Source of the DNA: the human T2T-CHM13v2.0 reference genome, Homo sapiens
Reading direction: 5' to 3' (one strand)
Assembly (NCBI RefSeq): GCF_009914755.1
Contig: NC_060929.1
Length of the DNA stretch: 64,000 nucleotides
Below, in pieces: positions 1-15,960 of the stretch. The translations under genes were made by a program, and so were the position numbers. Each line of letters starts with the position of its first letter. The first letter of the stretch is position 1. The notes under the pieces were generated by a model. That model was not told the origin of the DNA. It saw only the letters and a list, made by a program, of their open reading frames with translations, and made no database searches.

Positions 1-59
1 GAGAAAACATTTTTTTTCCATTTTATAATATTTGGAGATTTTTATATATTGTATTGATT

Positions 60-530
60 TCTAATGTAATTCTATTGCAGGAGAATACTCAATAAGATTT
101 CCTTTTTTAAAAAATTTGTTGAGACTTCTTTTGGTCTATCCTGTTGCCTATATTGGTGAATTTCTCATGTAAACCTGAAAAGAACGTGTATTTTGCAGTG
201 TTGGGTGAAATGTTCTGTAAATGTTATTTAGGCCAGATATGTTGACAGTACTGTTCAAATTTTCTATCTCTTTATCAATATTCTTTGTGTGGATAGTCCA
301 TCAAGTACTAATAGTAGTGTTAAAAATGCCCAACTGTGATTACTGATTTGAGAATATCTTGTTTTGCTTCACAGATTTTGAAACTTTTTTTATTAGGCAC
401 ATACACATTTAAGATACGTCTTCCTGATGAATTGACCCTTTTATCATTATGAAGTGTCCTCTTTATTTCTGGCAATTTTCCTTGTCTGGAGGTCTACTTC
501 GTCTGATATTAATATAACCACACCAGCTAG
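60..530 (-). mobile_element. Old L1 (L1M/L1ME-type) fragment, ORF2 endonuclease region, antisense
   Basis: Typical antisense L1M text (ttttgcagtgttgggtgaaatgttctgtaaatg ... attgacccttttatcattatgaagtgtcctctttat ... tctgatattaatataaccacaccagct); resembles the L1 stretch at ~63120-63480 of this window. Confidence 0.75.
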
Positions 531-845
531 GAAACACAGATTTTTTTTCAAGTGTCTGGCTACATTTGTGGGTCAAATATTTAAGAAAGAGTGCATCAGC
601 TTACCTGACAGCTTGCATTCCCATAAATATCAACCACAAGAGAGAGTTTATCGTTTCTCATGGGTAAGCCATAGCCTTCTGAGACAGGGGCAATGAAGGA
701 AAGAGAAATTAAATGAAATGGAAAAAATGAGTTAGAATGTGACACAAAATAAATCAGAATATAATTTTTATTACTTAGAAAATTCAGATCTGTAATTTTT
801 AGAAGTATTTTAATATTTACTGAAAATTTCTACTTCACTATCAGC

Positions 846-1278
846 TGTAGGGGATTGAACAGTATCCTCCAAAAATTTATATCCACCCAGAACCTCTGAG
901 TGTGACCTTATTTGGAAATACGGTTTTATAGATATAATTAAGTTAAAATGAGAACATACTGGATTAGGGTGAACCTAAGTCCAATGACTAGTATCCTTAT
1001 AAGACAGACACACAGAGACATGCACAGAAAAGAAAGCCATCTGAAGATGGAGGCAGAGATCACAGCGATGAAGCTACAACCCAAGGAACATCAGAAACTC
1101 AGAGAGTGGCAAGAAAGAATTCTTCTCTAGAGCATTTAGATGGAGCATGGCTCTGTCAACACCTTGATTTTTGAACATCTAACCTCCCAAGCTGTGAGAG
1201 AATAAATGTCTGTTGTTATAACCCACCTAGTTTGTCATATTTTTTGTGGCAGCCCTATGAGTGCCCTGAAAACTATCA
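846..1278 (+). mobile_element. MaLR solo LTR, MLT1C-like
   Basis: Starts TG; MLT1 motifs gtgaccttatttggaaata, gaagatggaggcagaga, aacaccttgattt, ctgtgagagaataaatgtctgttgtt, ttgtggcagccct. Confidence 0.85.
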
Positions 1279-1303
1279 GTTATCTCAATTAACAAAATTC
1301 TAT

Positions 1304-1453
1304 TGTATTAGTCAGCTTGAACTGTCATAACAAAATACTACAGACTGGATGGCTTAAACAATGGGAATTTTTCTCTCACAGTTCTGGAGGCTGGGAAGTC
1401 CAAAATCAAGGTGCAAGACAATTCATTTCTCTGATGACGGTGTTCTTCCTGGC
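1304..1453 (-). mobile_element. MaLR LTR fragment (MLT1A/B-like), 3' ~150 bp only, abutting the CCT7 retrocopy
   Basis: tgtattagtcagc...cataacaaaatactacagactggatggcttaaacaa...ctcacagttctggaggctgggaagtccaaaatcaaggtg is the antisense MLT1 3' end; similarity stops at ...ttcttcctggc. Confidence 0.85.
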
Positions 1454-1454
1454 A

Positions 1455-3004
1455 CATAGCTGGCTCCCACACAAAGGCCTCAGAGTTGTCAGCAATATCC
1501 TCATCATTGATGTCCATGCCATACCATGTGCCTCTCTGGGCATGCTATGCCCACAGCTTGTTGAGAATGTTTGTGGTATCAAAGCCAGTATTGTCACTTA
1601 GCTGCCATGGGATAATCTCCAAAGCCTTAGCATACCCCCCACTCTAGCTGCTGTGTTCCTGGAATAGTCCTTGCTAATCCCATAGGTACTTGGAGAGCTT
1701 TATCTCAATAGCCCCACCACCAGCCACCACCAAATCATTTTCAATGGCCCTCCTGACAATCATGATGGAATTAGGCATGAACTGTTCTGTCTCCTCCATA
1801 AGTTGTGGCATCACTGTGGAGGATAAAGGTGCATGTGTTGTCCTTGGGAGGCCAGTAAAGAAATTGTGCCTCTCACTTCCAGTCAGGGTCTCCTCAAACA
1901 CCTGGCAGCTGCCCAGCATGTCATGTCTGCTGACAGAGCATTCACAATGGTCTGGATTAACCCTCTGTAGACCATCATTGTCCTACTCAGATCCTTCTCA
2001 GGTACTCAGCCAGCACCGAACCTGCCCCTGTCAGCAAAGTACTGAGTGACCACATCCCCATTGGAGAGTTTGGACAAGACAACTTTGGCTCCAGAATGAT
2101 GGATCCTTGCTAACTTGTCATAGAGAATGTTCCACTCAGCATCAACAATTGCCTGGTAATTCCCCATTGTGAGGACTCTGATCTCAGCCTTATCTTTCCT
2201 AACTTTCAACTCAAGCTCAAAATTTAAAAGTGCAATCTTGGGATTATAGCACTTTTGGGGTTGCATTTCCAACACCAGCATAAAAGAAATTCTTGAATGA
2301 AACACCAGGTAACAGATGGGAATCCTCTAGGGCTCCACCCTGTATCTTCTTGATTCCAATCATTTTAAGCTGCAGCAAACCATCAAGCATCATCACTGCA
2401 TCAACCACCATCTTTGCAAAGAAGGCTTTCTGCTGGGAGATGAGCTTGGAGCTCAGAGCAGGATGGCACACTTCTCCAAGCAGCTTCTTCTGCTCCACTT
2501 TTTCTGTCTTCTTCATGGTCACAGTGATCTCTTTGTTATCATTAACTGCCAATTGGATGGCTGTGCGTAAAGCTTGAATGATGATCTTCAGGTGCAAACC
2601 TTCCTCCACATAAGGTTTCACCTGCTTCAGAAACTCTGCAGCCAGTAAGGTCACTGAGGTGGTGCTATCACCCACCTTGGCATCTTGGTATTTGGCAATG
2701 TCCATTGAAGTCTTTGCTGCAGGATGGACAAATTGAAGAAGCTTCAAGAAGATTGTTGCTTGCCTCTGCCATCCATAATAAGCATGTCTGTGCCATGAGA
2801 ACCCAGGGTGGTTCTTCTACCCTCAGCAATCACCTGTTAGGCACTGATGTTACTCACAAGCTGGGGGATGCCTTGAGGACTATCAGTTCCCTCTTCCAAC
2901 AGGATAACTGGTGTGGACATCATTTAAGAAGCTTATTTAGTGGCCAGCTGCTTGTCCTCTCTTCTCTGTGTCCTGGCTACCCAACAATCCACAGTGCCCT
3001 GCAC
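1455..3004 (-). pseudogene. CCT7P2: Processed pseudogene of CCT7 (T-complex protein 1 subunit eta), 3'-truncated
   Basis: Minus-strand ORF fragments translate to CCT7 peptides ([81 protein letters not shown]). No introns; several frameshifts and a stop; ATGATG start at 2918-2923 preceded by CCT7-like 5' UTR. The parent gene is clear; the P2 number is from memory of its gene-desert location and is not verified. Confidence 0.95.
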
Positions 3005-3311
3005 CCACATGCACTTTTTGTTACAGCGCTTATCAAATAAAGTTTTCACTGCAGTTTTGAGTATGTGTCTGTGTTAGGTGCAGTCCACATGGCTTTTATC
3101 TTGTAAGCAATTGGATTAACTACTGGATTTTGCTATCATGTGAATATTTGAGATTATACCAGAAGTTGCCAACTGCTATGACTCAATTTTGAGGTATTTG
3201 GAATGCAAATTCTCTCAAGGACTCTTCCGGTCTCCAAATCTACAGCCTACCTTCATGATTCTGCCAAAATAATCTAAATGTAACCCTCTAGTGTTTTACT
3301 GGGGATTAGTA

Positions 3312-3349
3312 GTTCTAATGTTGAAAGAGCAGACCGATAGCTCCCAAGG
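3312..3349 (+). pseudogene. Short inverted CCT7-like fragment (N-terminal codons)
   Basis: gttctaatgttgaaagagcagaccgatagctcccaagg(a) reads VLMLKEQTDSSQG vs CCT7 VILLKEGTDSSQG; 27/38 ungapped identity by my count to the reverse complement of 2871-2908. Confidence 0.7.
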
Positions 3350-3559
3350 ACAAACCTACAGATATTCTGAAGGAGAAATTACCTGGGTGCTCTTGATTCT
3401 TTTAAGAGAATATTTACATCATACGCTCTTTTAGTGTCCACTGTGCTGAACTGTTCCAATCTAAATCCTTTTGTTTTTTCCCTCTAGGTTGCTGTTTTCA
3501 AACAAAACACTAACAAGGGCCTGATGATGTATTCTTCATGTCATTATCTCTAACAGTAA

Positions 3560-3940
3560 GGTCCTTTTTGACATTCTTTCTTCACCAAGCTTCTCTGGTT
3601 TTCCAATTCTCTTCCTTTTTCTCTGGCTACTCCTGATTCCTTCTCTGCATATCCTTTTTCTTCTTTCCCGTAATACTGGATTTTCTCTCAAAGATTTTTC
3701 TAGGCCAATTTCTTTCGTCATTTCTGCAATGACTTTGAGGGCACACAGGTAACTCCCAAATCTGTACGTCTCTCAATATGAATATTTCACCCTGATCTAC
3801 TGGGCACATTCCACTGGAAGCCACAACAATCAATAATCAATAATTGAACATTATTTCTCATAAGTCTTTTCTTCTTGTTCTTTATATTTCTCCAAACTAC
3901 ATATGTCAATAGGCCTCAAAACCATATTTACCTCTGAATC
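3560..3940 (+). mobile_element. L2 fragment (host of the L1; appears to resume at ~6210 and ~7453-7750)
   Basis: Pyrimidine-rich L2 text including aactcccaaatctgtacgtctc and ctactgggcacattccactgga; highly diverged. Confidence 0.55.
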
Positions 3941-3952
3941 ACATTTGATCAG

Positions 3953-6197
<2,245 letters not shown>

Positions 6198-6278
6198 TAA
6201 TCAGTTTTTACACCTCCAAGTATTTTTAAAAGTATCCTTCCCACCCCCCCATTTCTACTACTAAGGTCATATTACAAG

Positions 6279-7452
<1,174 letters not shown>

Positions 7453-7759
7453 CTTATCGTTCACCTAGCTTGTCCAATAATTTTCTAACTAGGTTCCTTT
7501 TTTTCTTCTGTGCAAACCATCTCACATATAGTTCTATGTGTTGACACATGATTCCTATTAAAAAACTCAGAATATTTATCATTATTAAGAAAATAATGTC
7601 TAAATTTTAGGATAACTGTCATTCAGGAATCTTGATCTAGATCTTTCAAATATTTCTCACCCTCTTTCCTCCTAACTGGAAATACTTTGTCCCTTTGCTT
7701 CTTCAAATATAACACTTTACCTGTGCCTCAGGACTTGAATCAATCTTGAATTACCTTGT

Positions 7760-8430
7760 ATTCAAGACATATTTATTTCATGTCTCTGATGTGTAAGGGA
7801 ATACTTTTAGTACTGGGAATGTGGAAGGCATGACAGACTTTGTGTTCTCATAAAAGTCACAGTTTAGAGAGGAAGATAACAAATTCATGACTCTAGTGGA
7901 GTTAAGTATGGTACATATTGACTGCTATAGTAGAGGAAGGTAACTTATGGTAAGAGATACAAGCAAAGAAGAAGAAAAAATATATGTATAGGCTAAGCAC
8001 ATTTCATCTGCCTCATGTCCTAAAGGAGGATAATGTATTTGATGCATAGATAAAACAGGAGTAAAGGGTACATGGAGGGAAGAGGCAAGAAATAAACTGT
8101 GGAAGGTAGGCAGAAACCTTCTCTGACAGGAAGTTTGAACTTTATTCTGTAGGAAATTGAGGGTTTTCAAAGGATTTTAAGGAACTATCACTTTGACAGA
8201 AGTATGAAGGATGAGTTGAAAGGATGAAAGACTGGGGATGGTGAGACTAGGCAGAGGTCTTTTGAAGTAATTTTGGAGATAAATGCTAAAGCATTGAACT
8301 CAGATAGTAATAGAGAATTTGGAATTTAGTTCTTCAAGATTACTTAGTAACTGGATGTTTCAGTGAGGGGAAAGAGTCTCAAATGACTTTCAGGTTTATG
8401 TCTTGATTCAATGGATGGGCAATACATATG
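7760..8430 (-). mobile_element. L2 fragment (continues at ~10400-10700)
   Basis: Purine-rich antisense L2 motifs (actttattctgtaggaaattgaggg, gagtctcaaatgactttcaggttt). Confidence 0.7.
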
Positions 8431-8448
8431 CTTTCTGTCTAAAATAGG

Positions 8449-10161
8449 TAGAATAACCATATAACTGATCATCCAAACCAAGACAGATTTGACAGCCAAA
8501 TAGAATGCTAAAAATAATGAAAAGTCTAGAATTTTAAAATTATTTCACATTGATGAATTAATTGTTTTTATTTTATTGGTGGAACCATAAAATAGTCCTC
8601 TTCAAAAAGGAACTTCAAAAATAAAATTATTTCTAAAAATTACCACTTACATTTTGATTTATAGAATATATAAGCCTATTTATACATAACTGTGAATGTA
8701 TCCATGATCAATTCAAAATATATTTCTGCCCTATAACTTTCTTAGTTTGTTCAGAACATGGTTTTTACTATGATGCTGCACTACTCCAAGTTTTGTTGAC
8801 TTATGATCACTGCAAAACAAATAATTTTATCTTTACTGTTTGTAAAATATTGTTGTTCTTTGTAAAATATTAACAATTGCATTTCCAATAATGTCATGTG
8901 TTTCATCTATGACAAAAGTACTTCCAAAAGCTTCACTTAGATTCCATGAATTGAATGAAAAAACAATCAAACCACTTTTGGAATGAATTTTCTATTTGAA
9001 GTATCTGATGACATGACATAAAATTGACATTATTTAATTGTTTGTACAATTTTGCTTCTACTAATGGGTCAAAGATAATAGCTATCACTTTATTTTATAA
9101 GCAAAAGGAATGTTGGGATCAAAATAAGTTAAATTAATTGGGATGAGCAGTCATCTAATCTAAATGAAATGTCACTTTTCAAAGAGTGATACAAAAACAC
9201 ACTCGACTGCATGGGCTAATGTTAAGGAGTTTTCTTTGGACACAATCTCTGAAAGAGATGTATTAACTTTTGTAGTACACAATGATGCTGCCTTAGCAAA
9301 TTTGTCATCTTCTATTTACATATGTTCAATTATGTCTCCTGATGATGGTTGATGGCAAATGTCAACATTTTGTGCAAGTTATATATTCAACATCAAAATA
9401 GCTTAAGATATGGAAAACCAGTACTTATTTGTTCAATAAACATGTACTGTTATTTTTTCATTTTAATTCTTGCTTAAAAGAGAATATATTGCAACATTTA
9501 AAGACATTACCAAAAGTAAAACTATTGAATATTTAGATTTGCACTGTACATAAATGCCAAACTCATTCTAGAAACAGTGTTTAAATTACTTTTCATGTCC
9601 TCCATGTCTGGGCTACTCAGCCTTTATTACCTGCCTATGTTTCATGTATACCCAGCTTATAATTTCCATGTTTCCCATTGATTCCACTGACTGATGTCTT
9701 TTTACATCTCATCAACCGCTCTATGGGCCCTAGCACAACTGATAAATATAGCAAGTGTCATCAAGGGCATTAGGGTAGAATAGCTGCTCCCATTACCACT
9801 TGATACCACATGGAGTTATCTGCCCTGGGAAGAAAGAGGAATTTAGCCATACTGTGTCTGGAAAAAGTTTAGTAAAGAGAAATGGTTAATCACTAGCCAT
9901 TTCTTATTTTTACCACATATTAGAGTGAGAACTCTGTTCACTGTACATACATCTTACGCATTAGTGGTCAAGCCTATGGCAGAAGCTTGGAGAAAAAAGT
10001 GAAGTTCTGCTAAGCCCAGCCAAGACTACTTTAATTAAACTGCTAATAATACTTCATTATAAATAAAACATTGGAAACAAATATGAAACCAGACAGAATG
10101 CTGGGCCAACATAAAATCAATTGGAACTATTTCAGGAAGACTAGGATATACAGTCACCTTA
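8449..10161. mobile_element. BLACKJACK (hAT-Blackjack) fossil with MER81-type ends and decayed internal sequence
   Basis: Left end tagaataaccatataactgatcatccaaacc and right end ggatatacagtcacctta match recalled TAGGGTRACC-type termini; ~1.6 kb AT-rich interior with a minus-strand CTKC remnant near 9370. Confidence 0.7.
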
Positions 10162-10399
10162 CTACTAAGTTTTACTCCAATGGCCAAATTAATTTATTTG
10201 GACTCCCAATTATACATTGTTGTCAGGTTATGTATGAACACACACTTTATTAATGTGTGTATTACTGCCAGTCTTCAGATTCTAGTTTTCTGTTCCAATT
10301 TTCAAGATGCCCTTTTTGGACTCTCATATTTTTGCCTCTAATGAGGATGATTTCCCAATATTTGCTATGGTCTTTGCTATGAGTTAAAAAAAATTATTT

Positions 10400-10700
10400 T
10401 TACATGCTAAAGAGAGAGAATACTGAAAGAGGCACACATTTTGGAGGGAAGATTATTTCAGTTTTGAACATATGGAATTTGCGATATCTTAGAGTCATGC
10501 ATAGGAGTCATGCATTGTTAAGAAGTATAATATTGGACCTGGAGCTCAGGAAAGAAGTTTATGCTGAAAATATAGATTTAACAATTATCAGTTTATAAGA
10601 GGTTATTAAAAACATGGTGTGAGCAGCATATTTGCAAGGAGAATGAATACAGTGAGATGTTTCAAATGTAGAACACTGAGAAACAATATAATTTATGTAT
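10400..10700 (-). mobile_element. L2 fragment
   Basis: ttcagttttgaacatatggaatttg ... ggacctggagctcaggaaagaagtttatgctgaaaatatagattt. Confidence 0.7.
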
Positions 10701-10899
10701 GTATCCAAAGGCTCTGCTTACTGCAGTGTCCACTTTTAGTTTGGAATAAATACTAAGTTATTTGCCAAGTCTGCAATAAACACCACCCTCAGAACTGCTT
10801 CCTTCTCTCTAAGGTAAGCCTCCAGCAGCCCTATTTTTTCCACTTCTTCTCACACCTGGCCACTACTGGTAAGCCAACTCTTATGACTGGGCATCCTCT

Positions 10900-11315
10900 T
10901 TGAGCCTATTAGAATGACATGCAGTTAAGGATAGGTGGATTGCAATATCCAAGCTCCAGGCATGGTAGAGCAGTCATATTCTCTGTCAAGTGAGTAGAGA
11001 GATTGCAAATGCAAAGGTAAAGAGATGAAACCTGGAAATTGGCCACTTTCTGGGTTTCCTGCTGCAGACTTTTCTGTTCCTGGGTCAGCCCTGAATTTAT
11101 TCTTCAACTCTAAACAAAGTGCCAAGGCACTAGGTTGTTTTTCATGGCTACAATAATAAAAGGAAAAGTTCCATGGACTATTGGAATATCCTTTCCTCAG
11201 CTTTTGTATACTTTCTTTCTCAGGTTTCCATTTATCCTTATAATGAATCGCCCTTAAATCAATGTTAGCTTCAGCTAGTTTCTCTTGATACAACCAGGAA
11301 AACTTAGCCTTTATA
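10900..11315 (+). mobile_element. Old ERVL-type LTR (LTR16/LTR33-like)
   Basis: 3' end resembles LTR16-class termini (ttagcttcagctagtttctcttgatacaaccaggaaaac); very diverged. Confidence 0.35.
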
Positions 11316-11979
11316 TGGCCAATATTTGTATCTTCCATAGATCAAAGCATAGTATATTTTACATCATCAAGTTCATCGATGTTCAATAAATGTTTGTGTA
11401 ATTAGTAAGCAAAGTAATTAATAAATTAATGGCTACTTTTCAATAACCCTTCAATGCCCACAATAACTGTAGTATTAGCTGAAGTTCCAGGAATGAGGCT
11501 GTTATGACAAAAATATTGCTTCCCTCGAAAGTTCTATCAGGAGTCTAGCCTACTTCTAATCAGAGCCTTCTAGCTTGTTTACTCATGAAGAATAAAATCT
11601 TGAAAAGATTCTGAGAAAAGCAGGTTTAAATCAAACTTTTTTGCATGCTCCAATACTTTGCATTTCAAGTAAGTGGTTCTGCTTGGTTTCCTATAGGGAG
11701 ACCATATTCAGTTTCTTGTTGCATTCATTTATTGCTAGCTGTGTTAAGGATAGTTTTGTACCACTTATTTTTATTCCACTTACTGAAGAGTCATATCAGC
11801 TGAAAACATGTTATACTGGGAACAGTCAAAACATAGGTAATAATGATGCTTATCTAGTCATCCCTTTACTGTTGCAAAACACTCTCTTCAACCCAAAGTC
11901 CTAAAGCAAACAATGACATGAGCAGAAAACTACATAGAAGAAACCACCAAGTACAGCTCTTACTATTATGCTTAGTGGG

Positions 11980-12200
11980 GAACAATGAAAATTTCCATGA
12001 GCTTTCGTGAGATCAAATTGCCCGGATTAGAATTCTGGTGCTGTCGGGTTCTCTCTGTGACCCTCAAATGTTAGTAAATTTTCTACCCGTCAGTTTCCTC
12101 AAACTTGTTTCCTCGAGTTGCTATAAGGATTAAATAATGTAATCCAAGTAGCTTGTTTAGCTCAAGACTTTGTTCAAAAATTGTTAGATACTATGATTTT
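11980..12200 (+). mobile_element. MIR
   Basis: ctgtgaccctc...tcagtttcctc...ttgctataaggattaaataatgtaat. Confidence 0.7.
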
Positions 12201-13220
12201 TATTTTATAAAAATGGTTTACCCTAAGCTGCCAACTAAAGATAATAGCAGATAATGGGTAACTATTCAAAGAATAGCCACAAGATCTTTAGTCACGGTAC
12301 CACAGTTGAGGTTCCATGCTTTGATTTATGACTTACCCACAGACTCCACACGATGTGAATAGCTGCTTTACATCTATGCGTTCATGTTTCAGAATGTAAA
12401 TCAAAGATATCCATTGCCTCCTGGCTGTGGAATCTCGGAATCTGTAGTGTAATATTCTGTTCTTCAAACATGATAGCATCACTGACTAATCATCCCTAGA
12501 TTATATTCTTTGAATCCTATGTCCTTAGAGAGATTGTGTGGCCCTTCCACACTCAGTCTGGTAATGACAAGGTGGGCAAATCTGTGAAGTTTTCAGTGTT
12601 CAACTTTCCATTTAAATTCCTCTTTCCCCATCTCAGTGGTTAGTCTACCCGTATATGCAGAAGCTTTGATTTTCTAAGATTCTTTCTATTATCTACCCCC
12701 CACCCACTCATCGAAACAGGAAGGGCTCTAATGTCTGCCAGTTATAGGTGTTAACTGGTTGATTGACTAATGACCCTTGATTGTGAATGAGCTTCTGTAA
12801 GTGTCTAACCATGGTCAGGTCCAGTTATATTAATCCTTTTGTCTCTAATTATGGAATAAAATAGTGCATCTCCATTAAAGGAATTTTGGGCATCTCCAAG
12901 TAAATTGGCCTTCCTTTTGAGAGTAAGGCCAACTCTGAAGGTAAGTCTGCTGGACTTCTTTTAGGATAATTGTATATATGCTCAGAAGGGACAAAAGTCC
13001 TCTTTTTGAATTGGCCTTTTAATGACTTAGGGAGAATAGGTTCAGAAGGCACTGAGACCCTGTTAAATCCAGGTCATCAGAAGAAAGAAGTGGAGACATA
13101 ATCTTTAGAATGAGGGTCCCAGGCAAAACTTGGTCTCTGAGGAGAACAGAGCAGAACGAAAGTGCTGTTTTGAGAACCAAGACTAGGATTCTAATTCAGG
13201 GAAACAAGAAAACTTGTACT

Positions 13221-13535
13221 GCCTGGGTGCGGTGGCTTACACCTGTTATCCTAGCACTTTGTGGGGCCAAGGCGGGCAGATCACTTGAGGTCAGGAGTTT
13301 GAAACCAGCCTGGCCAACATGGTGAAACCCTGTCTCTAATAAAAAAAAAATACAAAAAATTAGCTGGGCATGGTGGCGGGCACCTGTAATCCCAGCTACT
13401 TGGGAGGCTGAGGCAGGAGAATCACTTGAACCAGGAGGTGGAGGTTGCAGTGATCCAAGATCACACCACTGCACTCCAGCCTGGACAACAGAGTGAGACT
13501 CCATCTCAAAAAAATAAAAAAACAAAATAAAATGA
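13221..13535 (+). mobile_element. AluSx/Sz, full length
   Basis: Complete dimer with A tail; degenerate TSD aagaaaacttgtact / aataaaacttatacc. Confidence 0.95.
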
Positions 13536-14899
13536 ATAAAACTTATACCGAAGCAAGAAGGGCCTGTGCCCTGAATCCTGTGCTTCAGAGAACACCTCCG
13601 GGCCTTCCTCCAGCCATGCAGCTTCCCATAGAGTAAGGGGTACCTTCTGCTAAGACAAGTCATCTGGGGCCTGTGTCTAGCCTTCCAGACCATGCTAAGA
13701 AGACATGTCCATTTAGAACCTGCAGTCATCCTTCTAGACTCTGCTCAAATGACCTGGAGCCCCCTTCTGGGGTCTGAATAGCAATGTCTTGGTTTATCCT
13801 GAGGAAACTGACAGCACCACCTGTCTGGGCACCGCTAGTCCTGAGGTGCAGCTGTGAGGTGGCTGTTGGAGAAAGGCGAAAGATGAACAGAGTTTGAATT
13901 TGGATATGTGACTATAATATCCATCCATGGACACACAAGACCCTTCGAGGTGCAGAATGATGCTAGGAGTGGGAAGAGAAGCAGGGATGGCCAGGGGAAT
14001 TCCATCTGTGCTCTTGGCCTGGTGCTCCTCAAACTTCCCTGACCAAAGAGAAATTTGACCCCCAAGCCTGAGGTGTGCTTGAACTTCCACGTAGGGATTA
14101 AGCGGCTATAGTTCATAAGGTTAGTGTACTCCAAAAATCAAGAATCAATAAATCCTTCATTTCATACCTAAAGGATAAATCTTGTACTCTCCTTCTTTTT
14201 AAATCACAGCCCCTTTTTCAAAAGAATGAAAAGAATTCTCAAATTTATGAGGTTTTACTTGTTTAATTTGTGCTTAATGTTTTTGGAAAATTCCAATTTG
14301 GAAATTGCAAACTCAAATACCTTGGGGGCCAGGGTAAGGGTCCAGCTCTGGCTTCAGGGTATAGGGCTCACTCAATAGCATTTACATTAAAGAAAAGTAA
14401 ACTTAAGTGCACAGGAAGAATTCAGGTCCACTAGTTTGTCATCTTTGAATAAAACTTCTCTTTCCTTTCCTGAAATCCCAGACTATATCCTATGCTTTAT
14501 TTAATATTTCTGGAAATGAAGTTTCTGCCCCAAAAAAGTATTGTTAGAATATATATTTCATTAACTACCTTTACGTATTATTTGTGTCCTATGTTTACTG
14601 CTGTTTCTCATTACTAAATGTACTAGAAGAAGAATATATGTTTAATAAGAATGTTGTTTATAATTGTATTCCTATGTGTGAGATACTGTGCTATATATGT
14701 CCAAGATCTGCTGGTTAAAACACACACACATACTGCTTTGGTATAAATATGTTTTGGATTGTTTTGTTTTTTAAAAGTATATTGACATCTTAAAATCACA
14801 CAAGAGATGTTTAATACACAAGATTGCTCACTTAGCAAGTTGATTCTTAGAGGAAATATAAACAGTAAAATTATTAAATAATGAAAACAAAGTTTAAAC

Positions 14900-15410
14900 A
14901 ACAAAACCAGAATGGATACAATAAAATGAGTATTGCCAATTTCAAGTTAGTCACTATAAGAGGGCAGACCCTTATTCCACTGTTCCGAATATTTTTGGAA
15001 GTCCTCTTTCAGGAATTCTTAGGTATCTTTGGTATAGACCCTTTGAAATATTCTTAGTGATGGTGCATCTTCATCAATTGAGGTCAGATTTTATTTTTAG
15101 AAAGAGCAGAAAGCCAATCAAAGCCAAGTCTGCTGAATGAGATAAGTGATCAAGCTGAGTCTTTTCACTTCTGATCAAAATCAAAGCACAGTTATAAATC
15201 CCAAAGTGATGTGTTTATGTGGCTTTATAAGTTTCTACTGGCATTAAAGACAATTTTAGAGAAAACTTACAAATATGTTCTGAGTATCATTAAAATATGT
15301 TATTAACTACCTAAGATAATGACTTTGAAGAAAAAATTCATTTGGATGTATAGCTTTTAATGTACTTTTTTTTAAAAGGAGAAAAAACTAGGGTTTTTTT
15401 CAAACACTAT
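14900..15410. mobile_element. MARNA (TcMar-Mariner) fossil
   Basis: tttttggaagtcctctttcaggaatt, agccaagtctgctgaatgagataagtgatcaagctg and gactttgaag...cattggatgtata-like end match the recalled MARNA consensus. Confidence 0.75.
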
Positions 15411-15960
15411 ACATCAAAATGAAATCTAGGTGAACTAAAAATGTATTTTTATAATTAAACCATAAAAATCTAGAATAAATTATAGCTGACTTATCATAAC
15501 AAGAAAGTGAGAAACTTTAAGGAGCATATTAAAATAATTGGTTAAAAAATAATGTATCAAAAAATGCATTTAGAAAATTAAAAGACAACATATGGAAAAA
15601 TGAGGTTTAGTAAATTTACACATTTTTAAAATAAGATATTTTTCACATTAGAAAAAAGCCTTAAATTTTTATACTCACTGGAAAAAAATACAAGTGCTCT
15701 CTTAGGCTATAGGATTATAAACTGGCACAACCTTCCTCTAAGGCAAGTTGGCATATGTAAGAAATGCCTGAAAAATGTGCCTTTGACCAGTCAGTTAATT
15801 TATAAAAATATATTTAAAGAAAGTATTATGAATGTGCACAAAAATTTTTATTCAGTTGAGTTCTGTGTACTAGTGAAAGAAAGAAAAATAATCTATGCCC
15901 AACTATTAGAGGGTTAAATTAATAAATTTTGATATTTCCATATAATAGAATAAACAATGA
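15410..15960 (+). mobile_element. L1ME-type 3' fragment
   Basis: A-rich; tataaactggcacaaccttc...gcctttgaccag...aataaattttgatatttccatataatagaata. Confidence 0.6.

Noticed and set aside
1690-3040. Plus-strand ORFs of 94-119 aa
   Set aside because: Antisense shadows of the CCT7 pseudogene.
13196-13729. 177-aa minus-strand ORF
   Set aside because: Mostly antisense Alu translation ([16 protein letters not shown]...), a common artefact.
14300-14445. Possible short hAT-Charlie (MER102-related) MITE
   Set aside because: Only terminal resemblance (tgcaaactcaaatacc...ctagtttgtcatctttg); too diverged to call by eye.
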